Assembly: GCA_965279525.1 (NCBI GenBank)
Contig: CBDIIB010000005.1
Location: 416,001-480,000 of the forward strand
Direction: 5' to 3'
DNA length: 64,000 nt
Source of the DNA: Tagaea sp.
GTDB lineage: Bacteria > Pseudomonadota > Alphaproteobacteria > CACIAM-22H2
Both the position numbers and the translations under genes were made by a program. The notes below the pieces were generated by a model. The model was not told where the DNA came from. It saw nothing but the letters and a program-made list of their open reading frames with translations, and made no database searches. The stretch's first letter is position 1, and every line of letters starts with the position of its first letter. Positions 62,018 through 64,000 of this stretch are shown here, in pieces.

Positions 62018-63373
62018 TCAGCTCCCCGGCTTGGGCAGCAGGATCGACGTGACGTGCGCTTCCGGGTCGAGCACGGCGCGCAGTGCGGCGTTCACCTGGG
62101 CGGCGGTCACGGCCGCCAGGCGCTGCGGCCAAGATTCGACATAGGCGACGTCGCGCCCCGTCGTGAAGGCGGTGCCGAAGGCACGCGCACCGGCCTGCAG
62201 CGAATCGCGCGCGAACACGGCTGCGTCGGCCATGCGCGTCTTGGCGCGCGCGACCTCCTCGTCGGTGAAGCCAGAGGAAAGCGTGTCGCGCAGCACCTTC
62301 TCGACCGCTTCTTCCAGTGCGGCCGGCTCGATGCCGGGGCGCGGGCTTGCGAAGACCCAGAAGCTCGAAAGATCGAGCGAGGCGGAGTCGTAGGAAGCGG
62401 CAGCGCCGGTGGCGAGCGACTGGTCGTGGACAAGGGCGCGCGCGAGCCGGCTCGACGGGCCGCCGCCGAGAAGTTCGGCCGCGACGTCGAGCGCGTCGGC
62501 GGAATCGGGGCCGAGCGTTCCCAGTGCACGCGACTGCGAAGGTGCGAGCCAGCCGCGCGACCACGAAGGCTGGCGCACGCGGGAATCCTTGAGCTCGACG
62601 CGCCTTGCCGCGATCGCGGGCGGCTCGTGCGCGCGCATGCGTTCGGGGACCGCCTTGCGCGGGATCGGGCCATAGAAACGTTCGGCGAGGACGCGCACCT
62701 CGGCGGCCGACACGTCGCCGGCGACGATCAGCATCGCGTTGTTTGGCGCATACCAGCGGCCGTACCAATCGAGCGCGTCCTGGCGCGTGAGGCCCTTCAT
62801 CTCGTGTTCCCAGCCGATGATCGGCCGGCCGTAGGGATGGTTCAGGAACAGCGTGGCCATCGTCTGCTCGCGCAGGCGCGAGCCGGGGCGCTGGTCGACG
62901 ACCTGCCGGCGTTCCTCGACGATCACGTCGCGCTCGGGCGTCACCTCGGCGTCCGACAGCGTCAGGTTCGCCATGCGGTCGGCCTCGATGCGCATCACCG
63001 TTTCAAGCCGGTCGCGCGCGACGTTCTGGAAATAGCCGGTGTAATCCCAGCTGGTGAACGCGTTGTCGCGTCCGCCGACGCGCGCGACGATGCGGCTGAA
63101 CTCGCCGGGCGGCACGCTGGGCGTGCCCTTGAACATCAGGTGCTCTAGGAAGTGCGCGATGCCGGACTTGCCCTGCACCTCGTCGGCGGCACCGGCCTTG
63201 TACCAGACCATCTGCGTGACGATGGGGGCGCGCCGGTTCTCGATAACGACGACCTGCAGGCCGTTGGCAAGCTCGAACGTGGCGGGCGAGAAGACCTGCG
63301 CGGAAGCACCCGGCCCCGCGACGCATGCGACGAGAAGGCCGAGAGCGATCGCCTGGCCGCGCAGCGGGCTCAG
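62018..63373 (-). CDS. M16 family zinc peptidase, catalytic subunit
   Basis: AHFLEHLMFKGT, NAFT, EERR, HPYGRP; frame extends upstream of 63211 through LANGLQVVV and a signal-like stretch to a CTG at 63373. Confidence 0.88.
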   Translation of the reverse strand: MSPLRGQAIALGLLVACVAGPGASAQVFSPATFELANGLQVVVIENRRAPIVTQMVWYKAGAADEVQGKSGIAHFLEHLMFKGTPSVPPGEFSRIVARVGGRDNAFTSWDYTGYFQNVARDRLETVMRIEADRMANLTLSDAEVTPERDVIVEERRQVVDQRPGSRLREQTMATLFLNHPYGRPIIGWEHEMKGLTRQDALDWYGRWYAPNNAMLIVAGDVSAAEVRVLAERFYGPIPRKAVPERMRAHEPPAIAARRVELKDSRVRQPSWSRGWLAPSQSRALGTLGPDSADALDVAAELLGGGPSSRLARALVHDQSLATGAAASYDSASLDLSSFWVFASPRPGIEPAALEEAVEKVLRDTLSSGFTDEEVARAKTRMADAAVFARDSLQAGARAFGTAFTTGRDVAYVESWPQRLAAVTAAQVNAALRAVLDPEAHVTSILLPKPGS

Positions 63374-63963
63374 AAAATGCCCTCGAGGATGCCGCGCGAG
63401 CGCTTCTTGATCGTCGGAATTTCGCCCTCGTTGGCAGGGCGGCCCGAAGCGGACGCTTCGCGCAGGCGCTGGGCCTCGCGGGCGGCGTCAAGCTGGCTGC
63501 CCGCATTGGGATCCGTCGCGCGCCAGAACAGCAGCCGGTCGACGAACGACTTGTCGGCCTCGGCGAGGCTCTGCGTCTCGCGGTCGATCTGGTCGCGTAT
63601 GCCCGGATCGATCCGGTCGGCACCGATGCGGCCGAGGAGCTGCTGCTCGCCGGCACTGACCGGAGCACCCGAGGCGCGCGCGGCAGCCACCTGCGCGCCC
63701 GGCCGGTCGGGGCCGAACACGGCGCTGCGCGCGGCGTCCTGGGCGGTCGTCTCGTTGGGGCGTGCGGCCCCCGGTGCCGGCGGACGCAGGCCGTAATCCG
63801 GTGGCACGGCCAGCGGAGCGCGGCTCACGATGCGGAACTCGTCGGGCGTGGATTTCTCCCAGCCGAGCAGCTTGCGCGTCTCGCCGCATCCGCCCAGCGC
63901 CAGCGACGCCGCCATCAGCAGCATCGTCGCGCGCAGCCCGGCCCTGGAAACTCGAATCATCAT
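63370..63963 (-). CDS. DUF3035 family lipoprotein
   Basis: Lipobox LGGC, PDEF.IVSRAPLAVPPDYGLRPPAPG. Confidence 0.88.
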   Translation of the reverse strand: MMIRVSRAGLRATMLLMAASLALGGCGETRKLLGWEKSTPDEFRIVSRAPLAVPPDYGLRPPAPGAARPNETTAQDAARSAVFGPDRPGAQVAAARASGAPVSAGEQQLLGRIGADRIDPGIRDQIDRETQSLAEADKSFVDRLLFWRATDPNAGSQLDAAREAQRLREASASGRPANEGEIPTIKKRSRGILEGIF

Positions 63964-64000
63964 GCCCTCTATTTTAGTCCGCTTCGCGGCCCGAAGAAAG

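Overview
High-GC, densely coding alphaproteobacterial chromosome segment (Rhodospirillales-like gene content); I saw no prophage, IS, integrase or CRISPR array. From start to end: DUF4197/GGT/DUF4126; an SPFH operon with two truncated NfeD-like genes; a lower-pathway phenylacetate cluster (paaY-paaN divergent from paaG-H-I-J-K plus an FAD monooxygenase and DUF2783) carrying insertion-type lesions that are probably sequencing errors; housekeeping genes (qor, bdhA, pcs, mscS, hspQ, recQ); a 12-gene catabolic operon of unknown substrate (CoA transferase, crotonase, GntR, ABC and TTT transporters, PrpD, SDR, metallophosphoesterase). Divergent from it is the best candidate for an uncharacterised system: a Tat-exported IorAB-type molybdoenzyme followed by SoxX, a SoxY variant ending AACVEGI instead of GGCGG, SoxZ and SoxA, with no SoxB/SoxCD in the window. 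Then a signalling block (MCP, three stand-alone PAS_5 proteins, a DHp-only protein, response regulator, hybrid kinase), tRNA-Ser(GGA), lepA, a PleC/DivJ-type kinase, mutL, pgi, an M16 peptidase pair and DUF3035. All family calls come from motif recognition by eye; no database search was run.
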